Shown in pieces: positions 48,988 through 59,169 of a DNA stretch of 64,000 nt (its first letter is position 1; every line of letters starts with the position of its first letter). Position numbers and translations under genes: made by a program. Source of the stretch: Candidatus Latescibacterota bacterium. GTDB lineage: Bacteria; Latescibacterota; UBA2968; GCA-2709665. The stretch is from contig OZ220733.1 in NCBI GenBank assembly GCA_965116875.1, forward strand, positions 2,496,001-2,560,000, written 5' to 3'. A model generated the notes under the pieces. The model ran no database searches and had not been told where the DNA came from. It was given only the letters and a program-made list of their open reading frames with translations.

Positions 48988-51396
48988 TCACATTTCAATT
49001 CGAATCGTCCTTCCGGCGTCGACCGTCCGTTCCTCGCCGTCAATATCACCGCCTGAAATCCTGACCACCTGCCGACCGGAACCGGTGTTTACCACATAGA
49101 TCCCGCCGTCAGGTGTTGAATCGATCCTTACATCCCCATCCACGCTTAGCGAGTGCGTCGCGGCCAGAAGGCAGGCGCTCACGCTGTTCAGCTGTACGTC
49201 ATACCGTACGGCGTCTCCATTGGCTACAACCGTAGCGCCCGAATAGACCACGATTTCCTCGCGCCTGTTCTGAGTAAACGCACATACCCGGCGGTCGCCG
49301 GAGAAATTGGCGGCCGCGAGGTAGCCCTCGGTAACCAGGCACGCGCTCTGATCCGGCCCGGTCAGGACGTCGAGACGACTGGCGGGCGTATCCTCGTGGG
49401 CCTGCTCGGGTATCAGCAGCGCCGTGAGATTTCCCGCTTCCTCGCCCGCCCGAATCGCCCGGCCGTTCCCCTGACGGGAAAGCGTGAGATCATCCGCGAT
49501 CGCGCGATACGGATTGTAATAGTGCCGATTCAAATAGACCGCGTCTCCCGTTCCCGAACATACGATCCCCAGCCGGTTGTCGATATTCAGCCAGGCCGGC
49601 TTGCCGAGGGCATCCTCGACGTCGTCCGCTTCGCGCTCGCCGAGCCAGCCTCTGTAGTCGGTCGATCCGCCGGGACGGTACAGCGTGCGGACGCCGCGGC
49701 AGTTCGGTTCGAGCATCGGAAAATGCTCATTGGTAATCCGCAGGAACCCCTGGTCGAGTGATTCCACCTTCAGGTCTTCCAGGGCCGTGAACCGCTCGAA
49801 GGACAGCGCCCGTCCATCCGGCAGGCTGGCGAACAGCACCTCCTGCCGCAGGGACTCCTGGCACCGGTCCATGACCATCGCGGCGGCGAACCCGTCGTCA
49901 TAATCGGTCACCCGCACCCGCTTCAGACGATGGCTGTCCGGCCGTCCCTTCACCACCGGTCTTCCCAACCAGCTGTCCGAACAGGGCGCGATCGTATAGA
50001 TTCCCTCCCTCGTCAGCGGCATCGCCATGACGGAATTCCGCCAGGAAAACGAAGTCTGCCCCTTCGGGTGCCGGTGATGCACGAAACCCGCGTGCGGGTA
50101 CTCCCGCACCCCGGCCAGCCGGCGTTCGAGTTCATCATCGGGGGTGGGCGCCGCCCCGGGGCCGAACAGCCGGTGAAACAGGTACTGGTGCGCGACCGCG
50201 CCGATGGTGACTTCCCGCATGATCATGGGGTCCTGTTGATCGTGCGCCCGTTCCGCGAAATCCCTGTCGTACATCCGCCCGCCGTTCCCGTCCTGCCGCA
50301 GTTCAGCATTGCGCAGCCCCCTGCGCAGGAGCGCGGCGGCGTCGGGGTCGTCAAAGAACACGGCGGCGGCCGAATGCGGCGTATCGGTTCCGGTGGTTGG
50401 CAGATAATGCCAGTCCATCCCCTGCACGGCCTGGGCATATCCGGACCCGTCGGTCATCGCTTTGAGGTTTTCGTAGACCCTGCGCCGGTTCCAGAACACC
50501 TCCGGCGGCAGTTCCCGTCCCCACAGCTTCAATTGTGCTCCCGCAGAGGTGAGCGGCCGAACGCCTGATGCGGTGTAGTTCGGGTGTACCATCCCGTGGT
50601 TTTCCGCCCAGTAATCCGGCAACGCCGTGAATATCTTTCCCGCCAGCGCCGCCGCCGTGGCGCCGTTCAACTTGCCGCGGTCCTTTGCGTCCTGGGGCGT
50701 TGCACACGTGGAATACATCCAGCGTCTGCACGTGGCCTCCCACTGAGCCGCCTGTTCGTGTCGATTCAGAAACAGGAAACACGATGTCAATCCGTTGGAG
50801 GTCCACGCATTCTCTTCCATCTGAGTGTCGACGTAGATCCCGCTCTTCGGCGCCATGTTCCCGAACCTGACGGCATAGTCCGCGTGTACCCGCGCCATCA
50901 TCATCCAGGTCTCGTCGTCGATCCGGTCCCGCAACAACAGGCATACCCGCCCCAGCAAGGAAATGCCGTGGCCGCACTGGCTTTCCTTGAAGAACCCCAA
51001 CCCGCGTTCACCCCACTTCGTCCCGCAGATTTCGGGCCGTCCCATTCCCGTGTCGGGCCGCAAGCAGTCCGGCGGCCCGGAATCGTGTGTGAAACACAGG
51101 TACCGCAACCCCATGATCGCCATGCGCTGAAGGTCGCTCCTGGAAACGCCGACGCCCTTCTCGTCATACTCCGGGGAGATGCTGGCAAGCGCGAACGTTT
51201 CCACCGGCGGCGCCGTCTCACCGCCGTACCAGTGACACCCCCCGAAGAAATGCCCGCAATTCGGCCTGTCCGGCCATTCCTGAAAATACTCGACGCCCGT
51301 TGGAATCCACTTCTCGATCATCCGCAGATATCGGCGGCTGAGTTCATTCTCCTCATCCGGCAGGAACGGCGCCTTCAATTCCGTTGTGTCTGACAT
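48988..51396 (-). CDS. ~800-aa hypothetical protein, paralogue of 55932-58346; putative (alpha/alpha) toroid + beta-supersandwich lyase-like
   Basis: Shared blocks CGHFFGGxHWYG, RYLCFTHD, KWGERG.GFF.ESQCG, DTQMEENAWT, LPDY.AENHGMVHP.Y. Confidence 0.75.
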   Translation of the reverse strand: MSDTTELKAPFLPDEENELSRRYLRMIEKWIPTGVEYFQEWPDRPNCGHFFGGCHWYGGETAPPVETFALASISPEYDEKGVGVSRSDLQRMAIMGLRYLCFTHDSGPPDCLRPDTGMGRPEICGTKWGERGLGFFKESQCGHGISLLGRVCLLLRDRIDDETWMMMARVHADYAVRFGNMAPKSGIYVDTQMEENAWTSNGLTSCFLFLNRHEQAAQWEATCRRWMYSTCATPQDAKDRGKLNGATAAALAGKIFTALPDYWAENHGMVHPNYTASGVRPLTSAGAQLKLWGRELPPEVFWNRRRVYENLKAMTDGSGYAQAVQGMDWHYLPTTGTDTPHSAAAVFFDDPDAAALLRRGLRNAELRQDGNGGRMYDRDFAERAHDQQDPMIMREVTIGAVAHQYLFHRLFGPGAAPTPDDELERRLAGVREYPHAGFVHHRHPKGQTSFSWRNSVMAMPLTREGIYTIAPCSDSWLGRPVVKGRPDSHRLKRVRVTDYDDGFAAAMVMDRCQESLRQEVLFASLPDGRALSFERFTALEDLKVESLDQGFLRITNEHFPMLEPNCRGVRTLYRPGGSTDYRGWLGEREADDVEDALGKPAWLNIDNRLGIVCSGTGDAVYLNRHYYNPYRAIADDLTLSRQGNGRAIRAGEEAGNLTALLIPEQAHEDTPASRLDVLTGPDQSACLVTEGYLAAANFSGDRRVCAFTQNRREEIVVYSGATVVANGDAVRYDVQLNSVSACLLAATHSLSVDGDVRIDSTPDGGIYVVNTGSGRQVVRISGGDIDGEERTVDAGRTIRIEM

Positions 51397-51430
51397 TCGT
51401 ACCATATCGAAATCTCCTAAATCTAGAAGC

Positions 51431-51560
51431 AGCGATCAGCTATCAGCCATCAGCGGTCAGCTAAAGTCAAAAACGAAAGGCAGGATCAAAGGCAACCCCC
51501 ACCGCCCCGCAGACCTCTCTCCCCGGCCCTCTCTCCTACCAGGAGAGAGGGAGAAAAGGC
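51431..51560 (+). repeat. ~130-bp intergenic repeat (heptamer tandem GCxATCA + hairpin), second copy at 60041-60164
   Basis: AGCGATCAGCTATCAGCCATCAGCGGTCAGCTAAAG...GCCCCGCAGACCTCTC shared. Confidence 0.75.
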
Positions 51561-51751
51561 ACACGTCGCGTGCCGGTCATTGATAGACACTCTGATTGAC
51601 AAGGACACGCCGCCGGTTTTCCGCTCTCCTCAGCAATCCGCTCCCATTCGATTCTTGCGAGAGTCCGATTGCAGAAGTGACAGATGTCAAAGTTACAGCT
51701 ACTTTTTCCTTCTTCCTTCAGGAAGGGGGTTAGGGGGTAGGTCCCGCGTCC

Positions 51752-54460
51752 CTAATGTTCCGTCGCGGGTCGATGTCTCACGTCCATGATCTCGTAACGA
51801 TTCTCGCCCGACCATGACCTACCGGGGAAATAGACGTGCCGGCTCGTGCCGTCCGGTTTGATTTCGAATCCGGGATCGTCCGCCAGCACGAGAACCGTCC
51901 CTCCATCTCTTCGGATGACATCCGTCAGACGAAGACCAAGCGAAAACCCCGCGCCGTCTTTGACAACGACGGTCAGATCCCTTAACCGGTCGCTATTGGG
52001 AACATCGCCGTCCACAACCAGTCCGTTGATGTCCGAACCGCTTTCCTTTCGCAAAACGCCCAGAACCGCGCCTTCGAAGACGCCTTCTCCCGAAAGTTTG
52101 ACATTCCCCTTTCGCAGCAGCGACCCGCCCACCAGGGTCATCTTCTCCACGGCGCCGTCCCGTTCACGCATGAATCCGATCCGGCCATCCAGTACGGTAT
52201 CTCCCGCAACCATTCGTCTTCCTTCCCTGCTATGCAAAAGGAAGTCTGTATAGTCGTCGCCTTCAATCTTCAACGCCAGACCGTCGGAGTCACTGTCCAG
52301 CATCTCCACGGAACGCAGGAACGGCGCTTTACCGAAGGGTTCCAGCACATTCACGAATTCGCTGGAGAGGTCCTTGCCCTCCCTGCGATGGATCAACGCG
52401 GGCATGGTAACTTCATCGAGCCGGCCTTCGCTCTCTTCCGCGCGCCTGACCGATGGCATGCTCCCGAATAGCAACTCTCCATCCAGTCCTGAAACACCGT
52501 GAACGCGGACGCCGCCCTTCGGTTCGCCCTCGCTGGTGAAGACCACGTTCCACGGCGCGGAGATTTCCGCCCGGCGCACGTCCCGCACGTACGCGTACAC
52601 GAAGTTGTGTCCCTCGGCATATCCCGGTACGGTCTCCCCGCTGGGCAATACAAACTTCACATCGGGCGGCAGCAGCGTCTCGCCGTATGGCGATCGATCC
52701 AGGTCCGTTTCGATCGACCCGTCGTTATTCGCGTCGCCCACCAGTACGTATTCGTGCCGATCTCCGCCGTCAACGCGAAACACATCGACCACGTAAGCAT
52801 CCTGCGCAGAAACACCGATCATCACCAGCAGGCGCCTGTAGTCCCTGACGACCCCGGGATAGGCCCGATTGCCCCGGGCGGCCACTGCCTGGAACCCGCT
52901 GTTTCCCGGGACAAACAGCAGCAGGTTGCCGTCGGAAGGATTGTTTTCGTCCCCCCGCGCCTGGTCGTCGCCGTCCACAACCACGGTGCTGTGCGAAAGC
53001 GTGCTCGACGCCCACTGGCGCTGGTGGGTCCAGGTGTAGCCGATATCGGACAGTCGTTCCTGTCCGTGTGCAAACAGGGTGATACTCAAGAGGTCCGCGT
53101 GCGCGTGCCCGTATGCTCCCGAAAAGTGCAGGTGCGCCTGCGTCTGGTTCGCGCCGCTTCCCCGTCCCAGCCACGCGTGTCCGGCGCCGCCGAGAAGGTA
53201 CGGGCCGGAGCATTCAGTGGCGGCGCGATGCTCCCGCGCCCAGGTATCGTGCACCGCAACAACGCGACCGTTCGGGTATCGCAGGAGTTCCGGAATTCGC
53301 CTGGCCTTTTCGAAGAGCGGAAACCCGTCCGACAGATTCAGGTTCTCGTAACGCACGCCGCTTTCCGGATGAACATAGCTGCCTGGATCGCTATACCCCT
53401 CAAGCAGGTCCATGACATCGGCAAGTCCCTGCACCGTCTGGTTGTGGTACGACACCGCCGCTTCGCGCCACATCCCATCCACGAAAAACTGCTTGCGGAT
53501 CAGGTCGGTGATCCATTGCACGGCGTCGTGCACGTACGCCGGCTCGGCGAGGACCCTGCCCGCGGAAATCAGTCCTCTGAGGATCACAGGGTCCATGTTG
53601 CTCAGCGTTATCGGATAGGACCGCACAAAAGAAACGCTGCCGCGAATCAGATCATTCTCAATCCTCCAGCGCATCCCGTCGTCCACCTGGCCGCTGTCGC
53701 GAATCAGGTCGTAGGCGAAGACCAGGTTCGACGGGATATCGCCATACGCCCAGTAGTCCCACTTCGCAGCCAGATACGGAGACACCGGAAAGGGAAACGA
53801 GCGATTGCCCTCGAAAATTACCTTTGGGCGGAACGGCGCATCGAATCTGGGACAATACCCCGGATAGACCTGGGCGAACCGGTCCAGGATCAACGCCGCC
53901 CGCCGCGCGAACTCGGGATTCCCGGTCAGATGATAAAGCTTCCCGAGGCGATGCGCCGCATCGGAGAAATATTCCCGGGCGACGTACCATCCCTTCGCCC
54001 GGAAATAGTGCCGGTACTTCGGATCGGGTTCGATATGAGAAAGGGACCCCTGCAGTTGCGCAGGCGGCGGAAACGGCGCCTCCCAGTAGGGATACTCCTG
54101 GACTTCGCCCCGCGCATTGGTCACCCGCATCACCCCGTTTTCCGGGTAGACCTCGTTGGGAAAACGCATCTGGCAGAACTGGCAGAAGACCCGGTCGGGT
54201 TCCTCGATCGACCACGACAACTGATTCTCCTCGGCGCCTCCCTCGCAATTCGGGCAATCCACAAACCGGAAACCGGACCGGTCCGGAATCAACCGCGCCA
54301 GTTCGTCTTCGGACAGCGCCATCAGGTGCGCCAGGCTCTCCTTCAGTCCAGCGACGTGACTCCGGTCGACATCGGGCCGAAACACCGGTTCAGCGTTCAA
54401 CCGTTGAGGAATCAGGCACAATAGAATCGCCAGGGCCAATATGATACAGATCAACATCAT
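51752..54460 (-). CDS. Secreted heparinase II/III-family protein with CxxC...CxxC insert
   Basis: Signal peptide, DGMWREAAVSYH, GHAHADLLSI, DIGY, STLSHSTVVVDG. Confidence 0.8.
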   Translation of the reverse strand: MMLICIILALAILLCLIPQRLNAEPVFRPDVDRSHVAGLKESLAHLMALSEDELARLIPDRSGFRFVDCPNCEGGAEENQLSWSIEEPDRVFCQFCQMRFPNEVYPENGVMRVTNARGEVQEYPYWEAPFPPPAQLQGSLSHIEPDPKYRHYFRAKGWYVAREYFSDAAHRLGKLYHLTGNPEFARRAALILDRFAQVYPGYCPRFDAPFRPKVIFEGNRSFPFPVSPYLAAKWDYWAYGDIPSNLVFAYDLIRDSGQVDDGMRWRIENDLIRGSVSFVRSYPITLSNMDPVILRGLISAGRVLAEPAYVHDAVQWITDLIRKQFFVDGMWREAAVSYHNQTVQGLADVMDLLEGYSDPGSYVHPESGVRYENLNLSDGFPLFEKARRIPELLRYPNGRVVAVHDTWAREHRAATECSGPYLLGGAGHAWLGRGSGANQTQAHLHFSGAYGHAHADLLSITLFAHGQERLSDIGYTWTHQRQWASSTLSHSTVVVDGDDQARGDENNPSDGNLLLFVPGNSGFQAVAARGNRAYPGVVRDYRRLLVMIGVSAQDAYVVDVFRVDGGDRHEYVLVGDANNDGSIETDLDRSPYGETLLPPDVKFVLPSGETVPGYAEGHNFVYAYVRDVRRAEISAPWNVVFTSEGEPKGGVRVHGVSGLDGELLFGSMPSVRRAEESEGRLDEVTMPALIHRREGKDLSSEFVNVLEPFGKAPFLRSVEMLDSDSDGLALKIEGDDYTDFLLHSREGRRMVAGDTVLDGRIGFMRERDGAVEKMTLVGGSLLRKGNVKLSGEGVFEGAVLGVLRKESGSDINGLVVDGDVPNSDRLRDLTVVVKDGAGFSLGLRLTDVIRRDGGTVLVLADDPGFEIKPDGTSRHVYFPGRSWSGENRYEIMDVRHRPATEH

Positions 54461-54471
54461 CCTGGGTTCCG

Positions 54472-55860
54472 TCAGGGAGAGAATACGACGTCGTCGTCCA
54501 GTGGAAACACGGGACGACGGATCCGTTCGTAGGACAAGTTCTCCAGCGCCAGGGTGGTACACCCGGGACTGACCGCCATCAACGCCGCCCCGGCGATTTC
54601 ACGAAGTTCAGGTGCGAGGTACCCGTGTTTCACAACCACGATCTCGTGTTCCAGGGGGTTTACGTTCGCCTCTTCGAAAGCCCGCAACTCCAGGAACGGC
54701 ATGCGGTCGGCCGTCAGGACCACCCGGACGCCGTCCACCTGAAACACGGCGATCCTCGGCGGGTTCATCGAAATCACCCGGCCGGTCACGTTCAGAGGAG
54801 AACCATTGACCCTGTCGAGCCTGCCGCCCAATGTCAGCGTCAGCACGGCGCCGACGCCGGCGCCGGTACACAACTCGACCGCCGGGGCGTCCGCGATCCC
54901 GGTGACAACCGCATCCCGGGCGCCGGCCTCGAGCAGCGTCTTCAGGACGAGGGGGACGTCGCCCGCCGCGCCCGCGGTTACATTGTCACCTGAATCGGAA
55001 ACAAACACGGGATGCCGGGCCTGGCGGATCGCTCGCTGAACGACCTCTTCCACCGGCAGCGTCACCACGTCCGGCTTGAATTCATCCCGGCGCCGCCAGA
55101 TTTTCACCGCGAGGCGCTTCGCGTGTTCCTCTGCCACGTTTCGATTCTCCGAAACCACGATCGCGGCAACGGACGTAAACGGCGAATCCGTCCACGCGCA
55201 CCCGATCGTAATCGAGGCGTCCATAATCTCCGGGTGCGCTTCTGTCTCCTCGAGTCCTGCGTACAGGGACCGGGCGGGCTCCACCCCGGTGGCCGCGTGT
55301 TCGCCGGGCAGCAGCATGGGCAGCCTTACGATGGTGTTCGCCGGGTGGATATCCTCTTTTACGCAGCGGACGAGGTGTCCGATCGCGCGCATCTGCGTCT
55401 CGCGCCGGTCCACGTGAGGCGCGGTCCTCAGCGCCGTGAGTACATTGGTCTTCTCGATGACCTCGGGCGCAAGATTGGCGTGCAGGTCCAGACTGGCGAC
55501 GATCGGAATCTCGTCGCCCACCGCCTCGCGCACACGGCAGACCAGGTCGCGTTCCCCGTCGCCGATGCCGTCCACCTCCATTGCGCCGTGCAGGTCCAGG
55601 TACACGCCGTCCACGGGGGATGCCCGGCGCAGACGTTCCACCAACTCGTCTGCCATGGACTCGCTGGCGTCCCGGAGGACCAGTCCATGCGGCTGCGCCT
55701 TCGAGACCAGCGTGGGCGCCCACTCGACGTTGTCGAACGCCTGCCAGGGTCCGTCGGCCAGTATTTCCTCTCCGCGCAGGACGTGAAAGTCATCGATTCC
55801 CGCGCGTAACGGGGAGAAGGTGTTCGTTTCGTGCCTGATCCCACAGATCGCCAACCGCAT
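54472..55860 (-). CDS. MlrC-like M81 metallopeptidase
   Basis: HETNTFS, DLHGAM, DLHAN, APHVD, DSGDNVTAG. Confidence 0.9.
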   Translation of the reverse strand: MRLAICGIRHETNTFSPLRAGIDDFHVLRGEEILADGPWQAFDNVEWAPTLVSKAQPHGLVLRDASESMADELVERLRRASPVDGVYLDLHGAMEVDGIGDGERDLVCRVREAVGDEIPIVASLDLHANLAPEVIEKTNVLTALRTAPHVDRRETQMRAIGHLVRCVKEDIHPANTIVRLPMLLPGEHAATGVEPARSLYAGLEETEAHPEIMDASITIGCAWTDSPFTSVAAIVVSENRNVAEEHAKRLAVKIWRRRDEFKPDVVTLPVEEVVQRAIRQARHPVFVSDSGDNVTAGAAGDVPLVLKTLLEAGARDAVVTGIADAPAVELCTGAGVGAVLTLTLGGRLDRVNGSPLNVTGRVISMNPPRIAVFQVDGVRVVLTADRMPFLELRAFEEANVNPLEHEIVVVKHGYLAPELREIAGAALMAVSPGCTTLALENLSYERIRRPVFPLDDDVVFSP

Positions 55861-55931
55861 TTTGCATATTCCCGTCTATTGGCCCGTAGACACGGACCGT
55901 TGAAAACCCAACCTGAGACTCATCCTGGACG

Positions 55932-58346
55932 TCAGATGCACGCCACCTGTGCCGCTTCCATCCGAAGGGTCAGTTCTTCCCCGTCTCTCAAAATGATCAC
56001 GTCGACCCTTCGCCCCGCATCATTGGTGACATACGCGTCTCCGCCGGGAACCGCTTCGATGCGAATGTCCCCATCGCATCGGACCTTCATGACTTCCTTC
56101 ATGCAGACGGCTTCGCCGCCCTCGATGGGCACTGAATACGCAACGCGTTGTCCGGTGACGCGCGTGGTGCTTCCAAAGACCGGGACCGGATTCCCGACTC
56201 CCGTCGTAAACGCACATAACTTCCGCTTCTCGCCAAAATTACCCGCGCAAAGATAACCGTCCACGAGTACACAGACGGTATCTTCGGACGACTCGGCGAC
56301 TGTGAGAAACTGGTCCGGCGTTTCCTCGTGCGGCTGCTCGGGGCAGATCAGCATGGCCAGCGCGCCAACCTGTTCACCGGCGCCGTATTCCTTCGCCCGT
56401 TCTTCGAGGCTCAGGAACAGATCGTCAGCGACCGCCCGGAAGCTGAATGGCGGGAAATAGTGACGGTTCAGATAGCGGGTCCCGCCGGTTCCTTTGAACA
56501 CAATTCCCAGTTGATCGTCCACGTTCAGCCAGCCGGGGTTACGAAGGTCGAATACCACGTCCCCGGCGGGATCATTACCTGGAAACCCGGGAAACGGCTC
56601 CGCTCCGTCCGGATGATAGAGAACCCGTTCTCCGTCGCACTGGCCGCCGACGAGGGGGAAGTTTTCGTTGACGACCCTGATGAATCCCTGATCCAGCCTC
56701 TCCACCGTACAATCCCGCAGCGCCTGGAGCCGTTCGCTGCACACCATCCTTCCATCGGGAAGCGAGCAGCACAAGACGCGCTGGCGGATCGTGTCCTGAG
56801 CCCGGTCGTTTTCCATGAGCGCCGCGAACCCGTCGTCCGTCTGGTTGATCCGCATGACGCGAAGATTCTGGCTTCCCGGCCTGTCCTTTACCGTTACGTT
56901 GGCCAGCAGACTCCAGCGGCTGGGTCCCACCGTATGCACGCCGTCGCGCGTGAACGGCAGCGCCATCACGTAATTTCGCCAGGACAGGGAATTCTGGCCC
57001 TTTCCGTGTCGATGATGCACGAACCCGGAATGCGGAAATACCCGGACGCCGTTGAACTTCGCCGCAATCTCCGCTTCCGACGCGGGCGCCGGCGCCTCCG
57101 CATCCATCAGCCGGTGCAGGAGATAGGGTTTGACGATCCCGGCGATCATTTCCGATTCCTTGATTTCCATGGGATCTTCCACCTCGTGGCACGTCGCCGC
57201 AATCACAGGATCGATCAACCGGCCCCCGTTCCCTTCCTGTTTCTTTTCCCGGATCTCCAGCGAGACCTCCTCGAAATATCCCGCGTCCGGGTCTTTCAGA
57301 AACAGATAGGCCGATGCGTGCAGCACGTGTTGTTCCCCCAGATAGAGACGGTCCATTCCCTGCGTGGGCATCGCCGAACCCGTCGCATCCGTGAGCAGCT
57401 TGATCGCATCGTAGACCCGCTGGCGGTTCCAGTAGGCCTCGGAGGGTTCGATTCTTCCATACATCCGGTAGAGCAGTCCCAGGCTGGCCACCGACTGGAC
57501 TCCGGAAGCGGTATAGCCGGGATGGACCATCCCGTGGTTCTCGGCCATGTAGTCCGGCAGCGTGGTGAACGTCTTTCCCGTCAACGCTGCCGCCGTCGAT
57601 CCGGATTCCAGCGCCCCTTCGTTGAACCGGTCCTGCGGGACCGCGCATGCCGAAAACATCCATCGACGGGCGCAGTCTTCCCACGCTTCCGCGCGTTCGT
57701 GTCCGGACAGAAACAGATAGCATGCCGCCAGGCCGTGCGCCGTCCACGCGTTCTCCTCCATCTGCGTATCGGCGAATACCCCGCTCTTCGGCGCCATCTC
57801 TCCGAACCGATCGAGGTAATCCAGGCAGATCTCCGCCAGCATCATGCGCGTTTCGTCGTCCACGTACGGCCGCAGCATCAGGGCCGCGGACGTCATGTTC
57901 GCAACGGTCCCGCCGCACTGGCTTTCAGGAAAGAACCCCCGGCCCCGTTCCCCCCACTTCGTGCCCCAGGACCTCGGCATTCCCAGCCCTCTGGACGGAC
58001 GCAGGCATTCCCCGGGGCCCGTGTCGTGCGTGAAACACAGGTATCGGATGGCCTTGATGACGACGTCACGGAGGTCGTCGATCGACAGTCCCGTGATATT
58101 CTCGTCGTATTCGGGCGACGTGCCCACCGCGGCCAGGGCGTGCAGCGGGACGGCCGTCTCGATGCCGTACCAATGGACCCCGCCGAAGAAATGACCGCAA
58201 TGGGGACGCTCTTCCCATTCCTCGAAATAGCTCAGCGCGGTGGGAAGCCACTTCTGCGCGATCCCCAGGTAGCGCCGGCTCATCGGCGTTTCGACGGGGG
58301 GTATGCAGGCGCGTTCCAGGCCTGTGATCATGTCGGCGGTGACCAT
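55932..58346 (-). CDS. ~800-aa hypothetical protein, paralogue of 48988-51396
   Basis: Same conserved blocks, collinear over the full length. Confidence 0.75.
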   Translation of the reverse strand: MVTADMITGLERACIPPVETPMSRRYLGIAQKWLPTALSYFEEWEERPHCGHFFGGVHWYGIETAVPLHALAAVGTSPEYDENITGLSIDDLRDVVIKAIRYLCFTHDTGPGECLRPSRGLGMPRSWGTKWGERGRGFFPESQCGGTVANMTSAALMLRPYVDDETRMMLAEICLDYLDRFGEMAPKSGVFADTQMEENAWTAHGLAACYLFLSGHERAEAWEDCARRWMFSACAVPQDRFNEGALESGSTAAALTGKTFTTLPDYMAENHGMVHPGYTASGVQSVASLGLLYRMYGRIEPSEAYWNRQRVYDAIKLLTDATGSAMPTQGMDRLYLGEQHVLHASAYLFLKDPDAGYFEEVSLEIREKKQEGNGGRLIDPVIAATCHEVEDPMEIKESEMIAGIVKPYLLHRLMDAEAPAPASEAEIAAKFNGVRVFPHSGFVHHRHGKGQNSLSWRNYVMALPFTRDGVHTVGPSRWSLLANVTVKDRPGSQNLRVMRINQTDDGFAALMENDRAQDTIRQRVLCCSLPDGRMVCSERLQALRDCTVERLDQGFIRVVNENFPLVGGQCDGERVLYHPDGAEPFPGFPGNDPAGDVVFDLRNPGWLNVDDQLGIVFKGTGGTRYLNRHYFPPFSFRAVADDLFLSLEERAKEYGAGEQVGALAMLICPEQPHEETPDQFLTVAESSEDTVCVLVDGYLCAGNFGEKRKLCAFTTGVGNPVPVFGSTTRVTGQRVAYSVPIEGGEAVCMKEVMKVRCDGDIRIEAVPGGDAYVTNDAGRRVDVIILRDGEELTLRMEAAQVACI

Positions 58347-58368
58347 GTGTCGATTCCCTCCAAAACGC

Positions 58369-59169
58369 TCAATTCAACATCCGTTCAGCACGTTTGTAAC
58401 AGATTTCCTCCAGCGTTTCCTCATCCACCGGCAACACCGCGCACTTGACCCTCGCGGCGGAAGGATAGGAGAACGGTGCGTGCGTGCCGAATACGAGATG
58501 GTCCGCGCCGCCCTCGTCGATGAAGTTCGCCAGATCGCCCAACTGGTTCACGTTCAGGCTCAATGAGTAATGGACTTCCGCGAGGGACAGGTCGAAATAC
58601 CAGTCGCGGTCCCGGATCTCCTTTCGCTGCCACACGGCGGAACCAGCAATCCCCCGTGCATTGGGGACCACGATGGTCGCCCCAGGGACCGCGGCGATCA
58701 GATTCGCCACGCCATTGAGGTCCAGCATACGCCCGGGGTCCATCCAGTGCTTCTGTCTGACGTCCTCGATCCGGTGGGGTATGAATACCGGAAGACCCCG
58801 CTCCGCGCATGCGGATACGACGTTTCGGGCCTCCGGTCCGTCAACGGCGAATTCGTGATACTCCGGGAACAGGCGCGCCCCCTTCATTCCCAGGTCTTCG
58901 TGGCAGCGGCGCAGATCGCCTTCCCAGTTCCGATCGGCCGCATTGATCGTCGCCATGGGAATCAATCGATCGGTATACCCCTCCAGGTCCTCGGCAAGCC
59001 GCTCGTTGGCCGGCTGAACGCTGCGGTGCAATATCGCTTCGATTCGGGACACCGCGGCGTTGCCGATTCCGGCGCGGTCAAGCCTTCGGATGAGTGTTTC
59101 GGGCGTATTGTCGCGCAATGCCCGAAAGGGCCACGAACCCAACCATGCATTGAGATCGAAGTATTTCAT
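58369..59169 (-). CDS. Amidohydrolase-family protein (degenerate metal motif)
   Basis: FDLNAWLGSWPF, LFPEYH, LVFGTHAP. Confidence 0.8.
   Translation of the reverse strand: MKYFDLNAWLGSWPFRALRDNTPETLIRRLDRAGIGNAAVSRIEAILHRSVQPANERLAEDLEGYTDRLIPMATINAADRNWEGDLRRCHEDLGMKGARLFPEYHEFAVDGPEARNVVSACAERGLPVFIPHRIEDVRQKHWMDPGRMLDLNGVANLIAAVPGATIVVPNARGIAGSAVWQRKEIRDRDWYFDLSLAEVHYSLSLNVNQLGDLANFIDEGGADHLVFGTHAPFSYPSAARVKCAVLPVDEETLEEICYKRAERMLN

Noticed and set aside
52499-58448. Long plus-strand ORFs (641 aa, 706 aa and others)
   Set aside because: Typical high-GC antisense shadows of real minus-strand genes
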